Shown: one piece after another, positions 28,756 to 40,378 of the stretch | Layout: each line of letters begins with the position of its first letter | How positions within the stretch are numbered: position 1 is the stretch's first letter | NCBI GenBank assembly: GCA_018666135.1 | Contig: JABJAN010000011.1 | Span: 4,394-68,393, forward strand | Source: Alphaproteobacteria bacterium | Lineage (GTDB): Bacteria > Pseudomonadota > Alphaproteobacteria > Puniceispirillales > Puniceispirillaceae | DNA: 64,000 nt | Direction of reading: 5' to 3' | Position numbers and translations under genes: made by a program | Notes under the pieces: generated by a model | The model's database searches: none | The model's input: the letters and a program-made list of their open reading frames with translations, nothing else | Told to the model about the DNA's origin: nothing

Positions 28756-29664
28756 TTACCCCAAAATCGCGTGGTCACAAATTAATGCGACAAATAAAAT
28801 AAATAAATAGGCAATTGAATATTTAAACAGACCTATTGCTCGCCCATCATTTGGCTTCCTTGCTAATTGTACAGCTAGCGCCAAAAATATTAGACCGCCT
28901 ACAAATGCAATGCCAAAATACAAAAAGTTTGACATGCCAATAAGCGTCGGAAGAAAGCTTACCAGTACCATTATTGCGCTATATATTACGATTTGGCGTC
29001 TTGTCTCTTGCGCTCCATAAACAACTGGCAACATAGGAATATTTGCGTTTTTGTAATCTTCGTTTTTAACCAAAGCTAATGCCCAAAAATGCGGTGGTGT
29101 CCAAAAGAATATCAGCCCAAACAATATAATAGGCTCTATCCCAACACCGCCTGTAACAGTTACCCAGCCGATAAGCGGAGGCAAAGCGCCTGCTGCACCG
29201 CCAATAACGATATTCTGTGCAGTTGAGCGCTTAAGCCAGACTGTATAAATCAGTCCATAAAACACTATCGTGAAAGCAAGTAATCCGCCTGCCAATAAAT
29301 TGGCAGACAGGCTGAGGATTAACACTGATAGCACAGATATCGTAACACCAAAGCCTAACGCCTCAGCAGGCTGAACTCTGCCTGATGGAATAGGTCTGTT
29401 GCGTGTACGCAGCATGATTTCATCTATATCTCTATCGTACCATTGGTTAATAGCACCTGATGCGCCTGCACCTGATGCAATCGCAATCAAGGATATAACA
29501 GCAAGAACAGGATGAAAGTCACCTGGAGCAAGATACATTCCAGCAAAGCCTGTAAAAATTACCAGACTCATAACACGCGGTTTCATTAATTCAAAAAAAC
29601 TAGAAACAGCAGAGGCATTAAACCCTGCTGCTTCCTGTGTTATATTTTGTATCTTATCCATCAT
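28756..29664 (-). CDS. ctaB: Protoheme IX farnesyltransferase (heme O synthase)
   Basis: UbiA-superfamily polytopic protein with NQWYDRDIDEIM and the second Asp-rich region. It lies within the cox cluster. Confidence 0.95.
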   Translation of the reverse strand: MMDKIQNITQEAAGFNASAVSSFFELMKPRVMSLVIFTGFAGMYLAPGDFHPVLAVISLIAIASGAGASGAINQWYDRDIDEIMLRTRNRPIPSGRVQPAEALGFGVTISVLSVLILSLSANLLAGGLLAFTIVFYGLIYTVWLKRSTAQNIVIGGAAGALPPLIGWVTVTGGVGIEPIILFGLIFFWTPPHFWALALVKNEDYKNANIPMLPVVYGAQETRRQIVIYSAIMVLVSFLPTLIGMSNFLYFGIAFVGGLIFLALAVQLARKPNDGRAIGLFKYSIAYLFILFVALICDHAILG

Positions 29665-29674
29665 CAGCTAATAT

Positions 29675-31285
<1,611 letters not shown>

Positions 31286-31305
31286 TTACCCTAATTTAAT
31301 TGCCA

Positions 31306-32139
31306 TTAATTAACGGCGGCAAGTTGAATTGGTTGTGTTGCTGTCAGTGTTGCAAATTCTTCTTTTGCTTCTAACAACCAAGCCTGATAGTCATCACGCG
31401 CCATCGCTTTTACAACGATCGGCATAAATGCATGATTGACACCACAAATTTGATTACACTGTCCATAATATGTTGTCTCGCCTTCTGGCACATCTATCCA
31501 TACCTCATTTACGCGTCCAATGATCGCATAAGTTTGAACCGCCAGTGATGGGACAAAAAACGAATGCATAACGTCATTTCCTGTTACCAAGACTTTAATT
31601 TTCGTGTCTGCTGGAATAACCAGCGGATTATCAACGGAAAGCAGTCTTGGCTGCCCTGGTTGCAGTTCATCATCGCTCAGCATGTAACTATCAAAAGCGA
31701 TTTGCTCATCAATATACTCGTAATTCCAGTACCATTGATTACCAGTAACTTTGATCACCATGTCAGCGTTTTTCGTATCATCCATATAATAAAGCAGACG
31801 AAATGACGGCACCGCTATTACAATAAGAATCAGAACCGGAATTACTGTCCACAGGATTTCTATTGTTGCATTATGCGTGGTTTTGGAAGGAACTGGATTT
31901 GCGCCACTTCTAAAACGCCAGCCAACATAGACAAGAAGAGCTAAAACAAACACAGAAATCAACGATATGATAATAAGTAATAAATTATGCAGGTCTGTTG
32001 CTTTTTGAGCTATTGAACCAGCTGGGTCTTGAAGCCCCATTTGCCATGGCTCTGGTTGCGCAGCACCAGCAGCAGAAACGCCCAGCGTACCTAACAAAAA
32101 AGCGATTAACGATAAATAGCGCATAAAAATAGCACTCAT
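31306..32139 (-). CDS. ctaC: Cytochrome c oxidase subunit II
   Basis: Signal peptide plus two TM helices, and the CuA site DVMHSF...CNQICGVNHAFMP. Confidence 0.95.
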   Translation of the reverse strand: MSAIFMRYLSLIAFLLGTLGVSAAGAAQPEPWQMGLQDPAGSIAQKATDLHNLLLIIISLISVFVLALLVYVGWRFRSGANPVPSKTTHNATIEILWTVIPVLILIVIAVPSFRLLYYMDDTKNADMVIKVTGNQWYWNYEYIDEQIAFDSYMLSDDELQPGQPRLLSVDNPLVIPADTKIKVLVTGNDVMHSFFVPSLAVQTYAIIGRVNEVWIDVPEGETTYYGQCNQICGVNHAFMPIVVKAMARDDYQAWLLEAKEEFATLTATQPIQLAAVN

Positions 32140-32445
32140 AATTTTGATCCCCCGAAGATATTGGCTGTCAAAAAAAAACGTAGAATACAGACATATCAGA
32201 ATTTTGATATCGAAAAATTTATATCATTACTATCTTTTTTTACTATATAAGGGAAGATCGGTGCGACTGCCTGTCGCGCAAATTTTTGCATCATGATAAC
32301 TTATCTGATTTTTACTTGAAAACTTTAGCAAATCAGAAACCTCAGGACTTGAAGTTACCAGCAAATCCACCCATACTAATAACAGTGAAAAATCATCTAA
32401 ATGATTCTTCTAGTCATTTTTAAGCCGTTCTAAAAAGGTAAATCC

Positions 32446-33885
32446 ATGGATCCATTAGCTCAGACAGATGCCCTCTTCTTCAAAGATAGTAATTTTGATA
32501 GAGATCAAGCACAAGCGATTCTCAAAGATGCATTGCATGGCGCTGATGATGGCGATTTGTTTTTGGAAATTGATTATCTTGAATTTCTTGGATTTGATGA
32601 TGGCAGACTAAAATCTGCAAGTTACAATCAGTCAAGCGGCTTTGGATTAAGAGCCATTCTTGGCGAAGCAGATGCTTTTGCCCATTCAGGTGATATGTCT
32701 ATGGCTGCGCTCGAAAGAGCAGGCAAAACAGTAAAAGCTGTTACCAGCGGTTATTCGGGTAAATTAGCATTATCTCCTGCGAACATGGCTAACCTGCCTT
32801 TATATTCAGATGCCAACCCTCTTGATGGTACGCCTTTTGATGCAAAGGTAAAGTTATTACAGGAAATAGACGCCTATGCCCGTAGCAAAGATAGCAGAGT
32901 AAAGCAAGTATCTGCGTCAATCGCTGGGTCATGGCAGGCAGTTCAAATCTTGCGACCAGATGGATATCGTGCAGCAGACATTCGCCCATTGGTAAGATTA
33001 AATGTTTCTGTGATGGTTGAGAAGAATGGCAGAATGGAAACTGGGTCAAGTGGCTCTGGCGGCAGATTTATGTTTGACAAATATCTGCAAGCCGCTAATT
33101 GGCAACAAGAAGTTGACGAAGCACTCCGTCTTGCCCTACTTGGGCTTGAGTCAATTCCTGCTCCTGCAGGCGAAATGGAAATTGTACTAGGTCCTGGCTG
33201 GCCAGGTGTTATGTTGCATGAAGCAGTTGGGCATGGTCTTGAAGGAGACTTCAATCGCAAAGGAACTTCTATTTTTTCTGGGAAAGTTGGAGAACAAGTA
33301 GCCGCTAAAGGCGTTACTGTAATTGACGACGGCACTATTTCTGATAGACGTGGGTCAATTACCATAGATGATGAAGGTACTAAATCTGCGCGCAATGTAT
33401 TAATTGAAGATGGTATTCTTAAAGGATATCTTCAGGATAGACAGAATGCTAGATTAATGAATGTAGCGCCAACAGGAAATGGTCGCCGCGAATCATATGC
33501 ATCTCTTCCAATGCCAAGAATGACGAATACATTTATGGAATCAGGTGATTTAGACCCAAAAGAAATTTTATCTACTGTGAAAAATGGTCTTTATGCTGTC
33601 AATTTTGGCGGTGGACAGGTTGATATAACTTCTGGCAAATTCGTGTTTTCAGCATCAGAGGCGTATCTTGTAGAAGATGGTAAAATAACAGCTCCTGTGA
33701 AAGGAGCTACTTTAATAGGTAATGGTCCTGATGCTATGTCAAAAATCTCAATGGTTGGGAATGATATGGCGTTGGATGCTGGTGTAGGCACTTGTGGTAA
33801 AAACGGTCAGTCTGTGCCTGTTGGGGTAGGACAGCCAACATTGAAAATCGGTGGTATTACAGTTGGCGGAACACAAGCGGCATAA
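32446..33885 (+). CDS. tldD: Metalloprotease TldD
   Basis: 479 aa with the HEAVGHGLE zinc motif and the C-terminal GxC..GQ region. Confidence 0.92.
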   Translation: MDPLAQTDALFFKDSNFDRDQAQAILKDALHGADDGDLFLEIDYLEFLGFDDGRLKSASYNQSSGFGLRAILGEADAFAHSGDMSMAALERAGKTVKAVTSGYSGKLALSPANMANLPLYSDANPLDGTPFDAKVKLLQEIDAYARSKDSRVKQVSASIAGSWQAVQILRPDGYRAADIRPLVRLNVSVMVEKNGRMETGSSGSGGRFMFDKYLQAANWQQEVDEALRLALLGLESIPAPAGEMEIVLGPGWPGVMLHEAVGHGLEGDFNRKGTSIFSGKVGEQVAAKGVTVIDDGTISDRRGSITIDDEGTKSARNVLIEDGILKGYLQDRQNARLMNVAPTGNGRRESYASLPMPRMTNTFMESGDLDPKEILSTVKNGLYAVNFGGGQVDITSGKFVFSASEAYLVEDGKITAPVKGATLIGNGPDAMSKISMVGNDMALDAGVGTCGKNGQSVPVGVGQPTLKIGGITVGGTQAA

Positions 33886-33918
33886 CAAAGGCTATGATAG
33901 CATAAGCCATCCCATTAT

Positions 33919-35277
33919 TTAATATTTATAATGGGAGAATGCGTGCTTAATATCATGGTTCCACTGATTGTTAAATAACTCCCTTGCTTTATCAGATTGG
34001 GTTGCCCCGCTGTCAATAATAGCTTGTAATGGTTTAAGAAAAATCGTTTCATCATCCCCATTATGATTCAGCCTTGCGCGATTTTTCAACCCTATTTCAG
34101 CAATTGCCACCATCTCAGAAGCTATTTCATGCATGCTATGAGAACCTATGTTGCCTTTTAACCCCTCTTTTGCTGCTGATATTCTGGCATTTACCACGTC
34201 TTCATGAGCAAATCTATTTGCAAGCGCTTCTGCTCTCTGCAATGCTTCTTCATCATATAATAATCCCACCCATAAAGCAGGTAATGCACAAATAATCGAC
34301 CAAGGTCCCCCATCTGCACCTCGCATTTCCAAATATCCTTTTAATCTAACATCTGGGAAAACCGTTGTAATATGATCTTGAAAATCAGCCATAGAAGCAG
34401 CCTGACCAAAGAAGGCTTCTTTATGTGTCCCAGCAAGAAAGCTTCTAAATGATTTTCCTGCAACATTTAAATATTGCCCGTCACGATAAATAAAATACAT
34501 CGGCACATCAAGAACATAATCTATCCATTGCTCATAGCCAAATTTTGCATCAAAAACACATATTGGAACACCGCATCTGTCTGCATCTGTATCTGTCCAG
34601 ACCATTGCTCTATTAGACTGAATATCTGTTATTTTTCCATCTTTAAACGGTGAATTGGCGAATAGTGCTGTTGCCACAGGCTGTAACGCCAAAGACGTTT
34701 TAAACTTACGCCGCATATCCTCTTCATCTTTATAATCAAGATTCGTTTGAATGGTGCAGGTTCGAAGCATCATATCTAATCCCAATGACCCGACCTTAGG
34801 CATATATTCTTTCATAATTTTGTAACGCCCTTTAGGCATCCAATTTATTTGGTCTCTTGATGCAGTTGGATGAAAGCCAAGTCCTGCCATGCCAAGACCT
34901 AGCTTTTCAGTAACATCTAGCATTTGCTTTAGATGTTTATTAGTTTCAGTACAGCTTTGATGAATTGTTTCTACAATGTTACCTGATAACTCAAACTGAC
35001 CCCCTGGTTCTAAGGAAATAGAAGCCCCGTCATTTGTCTGCAAAGCAATATATTTGCCTTGCTCCTTAATCGGCGTCATCTGATAATTCTCGGCAAGGTA
35101 ATGCAAAATTGTTTCTATACCTGCATCACCTTCATACTTAACTGGAGCTAAGTTACTTAGGGTATAAATAAATTTTTCATGCTCTGTGCCTATACGCCAG
35201 TTATCTGGTGTTTTTTCCTTCCTTGATAACCAATCAACAAGAGAAGAAACAGAAGGGGTGACAAAAGATTCAGTCAT
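33919..35277 (-). CDS. gshA: Glutamate-cysteine ligase, plant/alphaproteobacterial type
   Basis: 452 aa with the N-terminus RIGTEHEKF and the overall GCS2 pattern. It is immediately preceded by rsmE, as in other alphaproteobacteria. Confidence 0.9.
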   Translation of the reverse strand: MTESFVTPSVSSLVDWLSRKEKTPDNWRIGTEHEKFIYTLSNLAPVKYEGDAGIETILHYLAENYQMTPIKEQGKYIALQTNDGASISLEPGGQFELSGNIVETIHQSCTETNKHLKQMLDVTEKLGLGMAGLGFHPTASRDQINWMPKGRYKIMKEYMPKVGSLGLDMMLRTCTIQTNLDYKDEEDMRRKFKTSLALQPVATALFANSPFKDGKITDIQSNRAMVWTDTDADRCGVPICVFDAKFGYEQWIDYVLDVPMYFIYRDGQYLNVAGKSFRSFLAGTHKEAFFGQAASMADFQDHITTVFPDVRLKGYLEMRGADGGPWSIICALPALWVGLLYDEEALQRAEALANRFAHEDVVNARISAAKEGLKGNIGSHSMHEIASEMVAIAEIGLKNRARLNHNGDDETIFLKPLQAIIDSGATQSDKARELFNNQWNHDIKHAFSHYKY

Positions 35278-35295
35278 AATATGAAAATCTCTCCG

Positions 35296-36111
35296 CTATT
35301 TTACTGGCTGCGTTTTTGCAGCACCTAATTCATTAGAAATGGGTTCAGCTGGCATAAATGGATACCAATCCCCAAAATTTGCCTGAAAAACACTTAAGGC
35401 GGCGATAGCTGCAGTATCACTTCTTAAAATGCGCGGTCCAAGTGAAATAAGCTCAGTAAAAGGGCGCGCTTCTATCGTCTTCCGCTCAGCGCTGCTAAAT
35501 CCACCCTCAGGTCCAATAAGTATCGCTGCCTTACCAGATTTAGGGTAGTTTAATTCAGTCATTGATCTTGCCATTCCCATTTCTGATTTTGACTCATCAC
35601 AAACAATCAGCATTCTATCCACTGGCCAGTTATCCAACACTAAATGAAGGCGTGCAAAGCTTCCTATCTCAGGCAAATCCAGACGTTCTGTTTGCTCTGT
35701 TGCTTCAATCATATTTAACCGTAATTTATCTTCTTTTATCTGTTTTACCTGACCATACTCAGACTGTACTGGCCAAATTTTTGAAACACCTAACTCGGTT
35801 GCTTTTTGCACCATGAAATCCATTCTAGCTTTTTTTATTGGCACAAATAACAGCCATAAATCAGGTGAATTTGTTTGAGCAAGAACCTGCTGCGTGCACC
35901 GTACTGATATAGTGCGCTTGTTGATTGTCTCGATGATGCTTAAAAAGCCACCGTCTCTGCCATTAAATACAAGCAACTCCGCACCTATTTTCTTGCGCAA
36001 TACAGAGGAGATATGATGACTTTGTGCCACAGTGAGTTCTATCACAGAGTTCTCCATCAGCTCACAATCTACAAAGATTCGTGTCATATTTAATCTAGAA
36101 TTCAGATCCAT
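35296..36111 (-). CDS. rsmE: 16S rRNA (uracil1498-N3)-methyltransferase
   Basis: SPOUT C-terminus IGPEGGFS..E and LGPRILRSDTAA. The true start may be Met9 (MTRIFVD, nt 36087). Confidence 0.88.
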   Translation of the reverse strand: MDLNSRLNMTRIFVDCELMENSVIELTVAQSHHISSVLRKKIGAELLVFNGRDGGFLSIIETINKRTISVRCTQQVLAQTNSPDLWLLFVPIKKARMDFMVQKATELGVSKIWPVQSEYGQVKQIKEDKLRLNMIEATEQTERLDLPEIGSFARLHLVLDNWPVDRMLIVCDESKSEMGMARSMTELNYPKSGKAAILIGPEGGFSSAERKTIEARPFTELISLGPRILRSDTAAIAALSVFQANFGDWYPFMPAEPISNELGAAKTQPVK

Positions 36112-36348
36112 TTTTGGCTCAATTAACCAAATAAGGTAACATATGGATTTTTGTTTTTCATCTTCTTCAATAACATAGTGAGCAGTGAACCCTTAAACAT
36201 GATTGTTACTTCTTTTTTTTCTAACATTCATAGAACTTCTATCGATTTAGATGGTATGGTTTTATAAAATAGCTTTTCCATTTTTCAGCATATCTGTTAC
36301 CGATACATTTATAAATAATAATTTAAAATCGCATATTAAGAATGAAAA

Positions 36349-37266
36349 ATGGAACCGTCATTTAAGTCGCACACAGATATATCCATTGATGGTTGGTTGT
36401 CAAGCATCCCAAAATGGCTTCAACCCTATGCTTTAATAGCACGCTTAGATAGACCAATCGGCTGGTGGTTGCTGGTATTACCAGGCTGGTGGGCAATTTT
36501 AATGCATCATCAAGATGCCACAAAAACAATGAAACTTATGGGATTATTTTTATTAGGTGCCATTATCATGCGAGGTGCGGGCTGTGTAATTAATGATTTA
36601 TGGGACCGTGATATAGATAAAAAAGTAGCCAGAACAGCTTTAAGGCCTTTGGCTGCTGGCACTCTTTCTGTCCAATCTGCCTTCTTTTTCCTTGGTATTA
36701 TTTTATCACTAGGGTTGGTTATTTTATTACAGCTTCCACTCAGAGCATGGATAATGGGAATATTCTCATTTCCTTTGATAATTTGCTATCCTCTTGCAAA
36801 ACGGATAAGTAGCTGCCCGCAAGTTGTTTTAGGTTTTGTTTTTTCATGGGGTGTTCTTCTTGGTGCAGTGAGTATGACAGACAGCTGGCCTAGTTACGCT
36901 GTTATATGGGTATATGCTGGGACGGTTTGCTGGATTATAGGCTATGACACAATTTACGCTGTGCAGGACAAAGAGGATGATATTCTGCTTGGGGTTGGTT
37001 CTGCTGCTTTATCTATGGGCACTCATCTAACCAAGGGGGTAATGGCGCTTTATTGTTTTTGTATTATATTTTGGACATTTGGATTTTGGCTTCAATTCGG
37101 ATTTGACTATTGGCTGGTTGGTCTAGCAGGATCTGCTATTCATTTAAGTTGGCAATGCATCAATTTGACAAAAATAAACAAACAGACTGCACTGATTTTA
37201 TTTAAGTCAAATCGAGATTGTGGTTTAATTTTAGCAGCTGGATTACTCCTTCAAATTATCCTGTAA
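36349..37266 (+). CDS. ubiA: 4-hydroxybenzoate polyprenyltransferase
   Basis: LIARLDRPIGWWLL and NDLWDRDID motifs in a polytopic membrane protein. Confidence 0.9.
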   Translation: MEPSFKSHTDISIDGWLSSIPKWLQPYALIARLDRPIGWWLLVLPGWWAILMHHQDATKTMKLMGLFLLGAIIMRGAGCVINDLWDRDIDKKVARTALRPLAAGTLSVQSAFFFLGIILSLGLVILLQLPLRAWIMGIFSFPLIICYPLAKRISSCPQVVLGFVFSWGVLLGAVSMTDSWPSYAVIWVYAGTVCWIIGYDTIYAVQDKEDDILLGVGSAALSMGTHLTKGVMALYCFCIIFWTFGFWLQFGFDYWLVGLAGSAIHLSWQCINLTKINKQTALILFKSNRDCGLILAAGLLLQIIL

Positions 37267-37267
37267 T

Positions 37268-38236
37268 TTAAAAATTAGATTGCCAATTTAGGTTGAGACC
37301 AATTTGAGGATCACACCCTAACATTATATTTAAGTTTTGCACGGCTGCTCCTGCTGCGCCTTTTCCTAAATTATCTAATCGAGCCACAATTAAAAACTGC
37401 TCTGTTTGTGGATTGTTAAAACAGAAAATATCCAGCCCATCATGACCTGCAAGACCATCAGCTGCCACTCGTCCAGAATGTTGTAAATCTAATATGTCGT
37501 CGCCGCTATGAACTTTAATCAGCGGCTGGTCTGAATATGCAGTATCAAAAATCTCAATCATCTCTTTAATCGTTGTTTTTTTAGCAAGCTGATTAGATGG
37601 GATAGCAAGACGTACAAGCATCCCCTGCTCAAACATCCCAACAGAGGGGATTAATAAAGGTGGCACCAAAAGACCTGAATGTTTTGTCATTTCAGGAAGA
37701 TGCTTATGGGACAAACCGAGCGCATAGTCAAAATAAGGTGGCAATTGGTCTTCGCGCATAGCCGTAATCATTGACTTACCGCCGCCTGAATAACCAGAAA
37801 CTGCAGGGACGATTAGCGTTTGATGTGGTGATATTAAACCTGCACTCACCAAGGGCCGTGCTAACGCCAAAAAACCTGTTGCATAACAGCCAGGGTTGCT
37901 TACTAGACGAGCTTGCGCAATTTTATCAGATTGACCTTCACAAAGTTCTGGAAAGCCATAAACCCATTCGCTAGCCGTACGATGCGCCGAAGATGCATCA
38001 ATAATACGAATAGGCGTGCCTTCTGCCAGTGCCACTGCCTCAATTGCAGCAGAATCAGGCAAACATAAAATAGTTACATCTGCTTGCTGCATCGCATCTG
38101 CACGTTTATGAGCTAATTTCCTATCAGATTCTGCAAGGGAAATAAGCGTAATATCTGCGCGCTCAGACAAGCGAGAGGCTACTTGCAATCCCGTTGTTCC
38201 TGCACTTCCATCAATGAATATCAATTTTTTTTTCAT
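37268..38236 (-). CDS. argC: N-acetyl-gamma-glutamyl-phosphate reductase (short type 2)
   Basis: MKKKLIFIDGSAGTTG Rossmann start and the catalytic Cys in SNPGCYATG. The track's 16-aa N-terminal extension to 38284 is unlikely to be real. Confidence 0.9.
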   Translation of the reverse strand: MKKKLIFIDGSAGTTGLQVASRLSERADITLISLAESDRKLAHKRADAMQQADVTILCLPDSAAIEAVALAEGTPIRIIDASSAHRTASEWVYGFPELCEGQSDKIAQARLVSNPGCYATGFLALARPLVSAGLISPHQTLIVPAVSGYSGGGKSMITAMREDQLPPYFDYALGLSHKHLPEMTKHSGLLVPPLLIPSVGMFEQGMLVRLAIPSNQLAKKTTIKEMIEIFDTAYSDQPLIKVHSGDDILDLQHSGRVAADGLAGHDGLDIFCFNNPQTEQFLIVARLDNLGKGAAGAAVQNLNIMLGCDPQIGLNLNWQSNF

Positions 38237-38312
38237 AAAAAAAACTATAAACGTAAACTTTCTTGCCAGCAAGCAGTTGCGCAAGCTGGTTTTGCGCGCT
38301 ATCTGATATGGT

Positions 38313-39650
38313 ATGGATGATTCAACAAAAAATATTATTTTTAAATTACTCGAAACCGCTAAGTCTGAAGGCGCTGATGCTGCAGAAGCAACCCTTGTTA
38401 GAGATAAGGGAGTTGGCGTTGAGGTTCGGCTTGGTAAATTTGAGTCAGTAGAACATGCTGATAATTTTCAAATTGGCCTTCGGGTTTTTACAGGACAGCA
38501 ATCTGCCAGTATTTCAACTGGAAAAGTTGATTCTGACGCGATAAAATCTTTGTGTCAGCGCGCTGTGGCAATGGCACGACTCGCACCAGCAGACCCCTTT
38601 GCTCGGTTAGCTACCAAACAAGAGCAAGCAAGTGAGTTGCCAACTCTTGAGCTTTATGACCCTACAGAAATTACGGCAGATGCATTAACTGAGATGGCTC
38701 TAAAATGCGAAACAGCTGCGCTTGATATTGAAGGTATTACAAATTCAGATGGGGCTTCTGCTGGACAGTACACAGATGAAATTGCGATTGCTACTAGCAC
38801 TGGTTTTCTTGGTGAATATCAGCGTTCATCTTTCAGCATATCAGCCTCTGTTATTGCCGAGCAAAATGGCAGAATGGAATCTGATTATGATTTTAGCTCT
38901 ACTGTTTTTGCAGAAGATTTAATGTCGGCTGAAAAAATTGGCGCTTCTGCTGGCAATCGTACGATTAACAGACTTGGTGCAAGAAGTGCCACCACAGGTC
39001 AATTTCCAGTCCTATTTGATACCCGTGTGTCAAAAAGCCTAACAGGACATCTTGTAAGCGCTGTAAATGGTGCTAGCATCGCAAGAGGTACTAGTTTTCT
39101 TAAAGATAAAATGGGGGAAGTAATTGCTAATAAGTTAATTACAGTAACAGATGACCCTTTAAGAAACCGTGGATTAGGATCGCGTAGTTTTGATGGTGAG
39201 ACCCTACCTGTAAAAAAACAGCAATTAATTAAGGATGGTGTTCTGCAAAGCTGGCTTCTGGATTTAGCTAGCGCTAGTCAGTTAGGTTTAACGCCAACAG
39301 GCAACGCCAGCAGATCTTTATCTGGTCCTCCCTCTCCTGGCACATCTAATTGTTTGATTGAAAATGGTGAATTATCAGTAGAAGAGTTAATTTCAGATAT
39401 CAAACAGGGATTTTTAGTAACAGAATTGATTGGCAGTTCTGTAAGCCTTACAACAGGAGATTATAGCCGCGGCGCTTCTGGCTTTTGGATAGAAAATGGC
39501 GAGATTGCATATGCTGTTACAGAAGCTACTATCGCAGGAAATCTGAAAGAAATGTTTTTTGAGATGACTCCTGCCAACGATATTGATCTTCGTTTTTCCA
39601 CTTCTGCCCCTACGATAAGAGTGGATGGAATGACAATTGCTGGTGGGTAA
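38313..39650 (+). CDS. pmbA: Metalloprotease PmbA (TldE)
   Basis: 445 aa TldD/PmbA fold that lacks the HExxH motif, as expected for the PmbA partner. Confidence 0.88.
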   Translation: MDDSTKNIIFKLLETAKSEGADAAEATLVRDKGVGVEVRLGKFESVEHADNFQIGLRVFTGQQSASISTGKVDSDAIKSLCQRAVAMARLAPADPFARLATKQEQASELPTLELYDPTEITADALTEMALKCETAALDIEGITNSDGASAGQYTDEIAIATSTGFLGEYQRSSFSISASVIAEQNGRMESDYDFSSTVFAEDLMSAEKIGASAGNRTINRLGARSATTGQFPVLFDTRVSKSLTGHLVSAVNGASIARGTSFLKDKMGEVIANKLITVTDDPLRNRGLGSRSFDGETLPVKKQQLIKDGVLQSWLLDLASASQLGLTPTGNASRSLSGPPSPGTSNCLIENGELSVEELISDIKQGFLVTELIGSSVSLTTGDYSRGASGFWIENGEIAYAVTEATIAGNLKEMFFEMTPANDIDLRFSTSAPTIRVDGMTIAGG

Positions 39651-39656
39651 ACATTG

Positions 39657-40346
39657 ATGAGCCTGCCAGAAAATTCTTTAGACTATCCACATAAAGCAGA
39701 GAAATTTACAAGATCTGGGTTACATGATTGGCTTGAGCTATATCTGCATGACCACGGATTTCTTAGAGCTTCATTCAGTAATTTATATCAAATTGACCAA
39801 AATATGTGGCGAAGTAATCAGCCATCCCCATCGAGAATAGAAACTGCCTATAAAAAACAAGGCATTAAAACGATTTTAAATCTCCGAGGACCACGTGATG
39901 CAGGGGGGTGGCAATTAGAAGCTGAAGCTTGCCATAAATTGGGCATTGAATTAGTAAATTTCAGGGTGAGGTCAAGAGCCGCGCCTGAAAAAAAAATGTT
40001 ATTAAAACTTCCTGAACTATTTACCTCTATTCAATACCCAGCCCTACTTCATTGTAAATCTGGCGCAGATAGAGCAGGGTTGATGTCAGCATTATATGTT
40101 TTAGTGGCTATGAAACGACCGGCGACAGAAGCATTAGAACAACTCTCCTTTAAATATCTTCATATAAAACAGGCTAAAACCGGCATTCTGGATGCATTTA
40201 TTGCGTCTTATATACCGTTCGAAAAAGAAGGAATGGATTTTATGGAGTGGGTAGAAAACATCTATGATGCTGATACACTCACACAAGAATTTCATGCCCA
40301 GCCTTTAGCAAGCCGCTTTGTTGATTCTATTTTAAAAAGAGAATAA
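39657..40346 (+). CDS. Cys-based (CX5R) tyrosine/dual-specificity phosphatase family protein
   Basis: P-loop HCKSGADRAG. The ATG at 39657 is preferred over the TTG at 39654. Confidence 0.75.
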   Translation: MSLPENSLDYPHKAEKFTRSGLHDWLELYLHDHGFLRASFSNLYQIDQNMWRSNQPSPSRIETAYKKQGIKTILNLRGPRDAGGWQLEAEACHKLGIELVNFRVRSRAAPEKKMLLKLPELFTSIQYPALLHCKSGADRAGLMSALYVLVAMKRPATEALEQLSFKYLHIKQAKTGILDAFIASYIPFEKEGMDFMEWVENIYDADTLTQEFHAQPLASRFVDSILKRE

Positions 40347-40378
40347 CCCTTTTAAAAATCATCTTCTTGAAAAAAAGA

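Noticed and set aside
32401-32433. 10-codon upstream ORF (MILLVIFKPF) ending 12 nt before the tldD start
   Set aside because: It has no ribosome-binding site or attenuator structure. ORFs this short are expected by chance in a 306-nt AT-rich spacer.
32943-33395. 150-aa minus-strand ORF antisense to tldD
   Set aside because: It is a Pro/Ser/Ala-rich shadow frame of a strongly supported gene.
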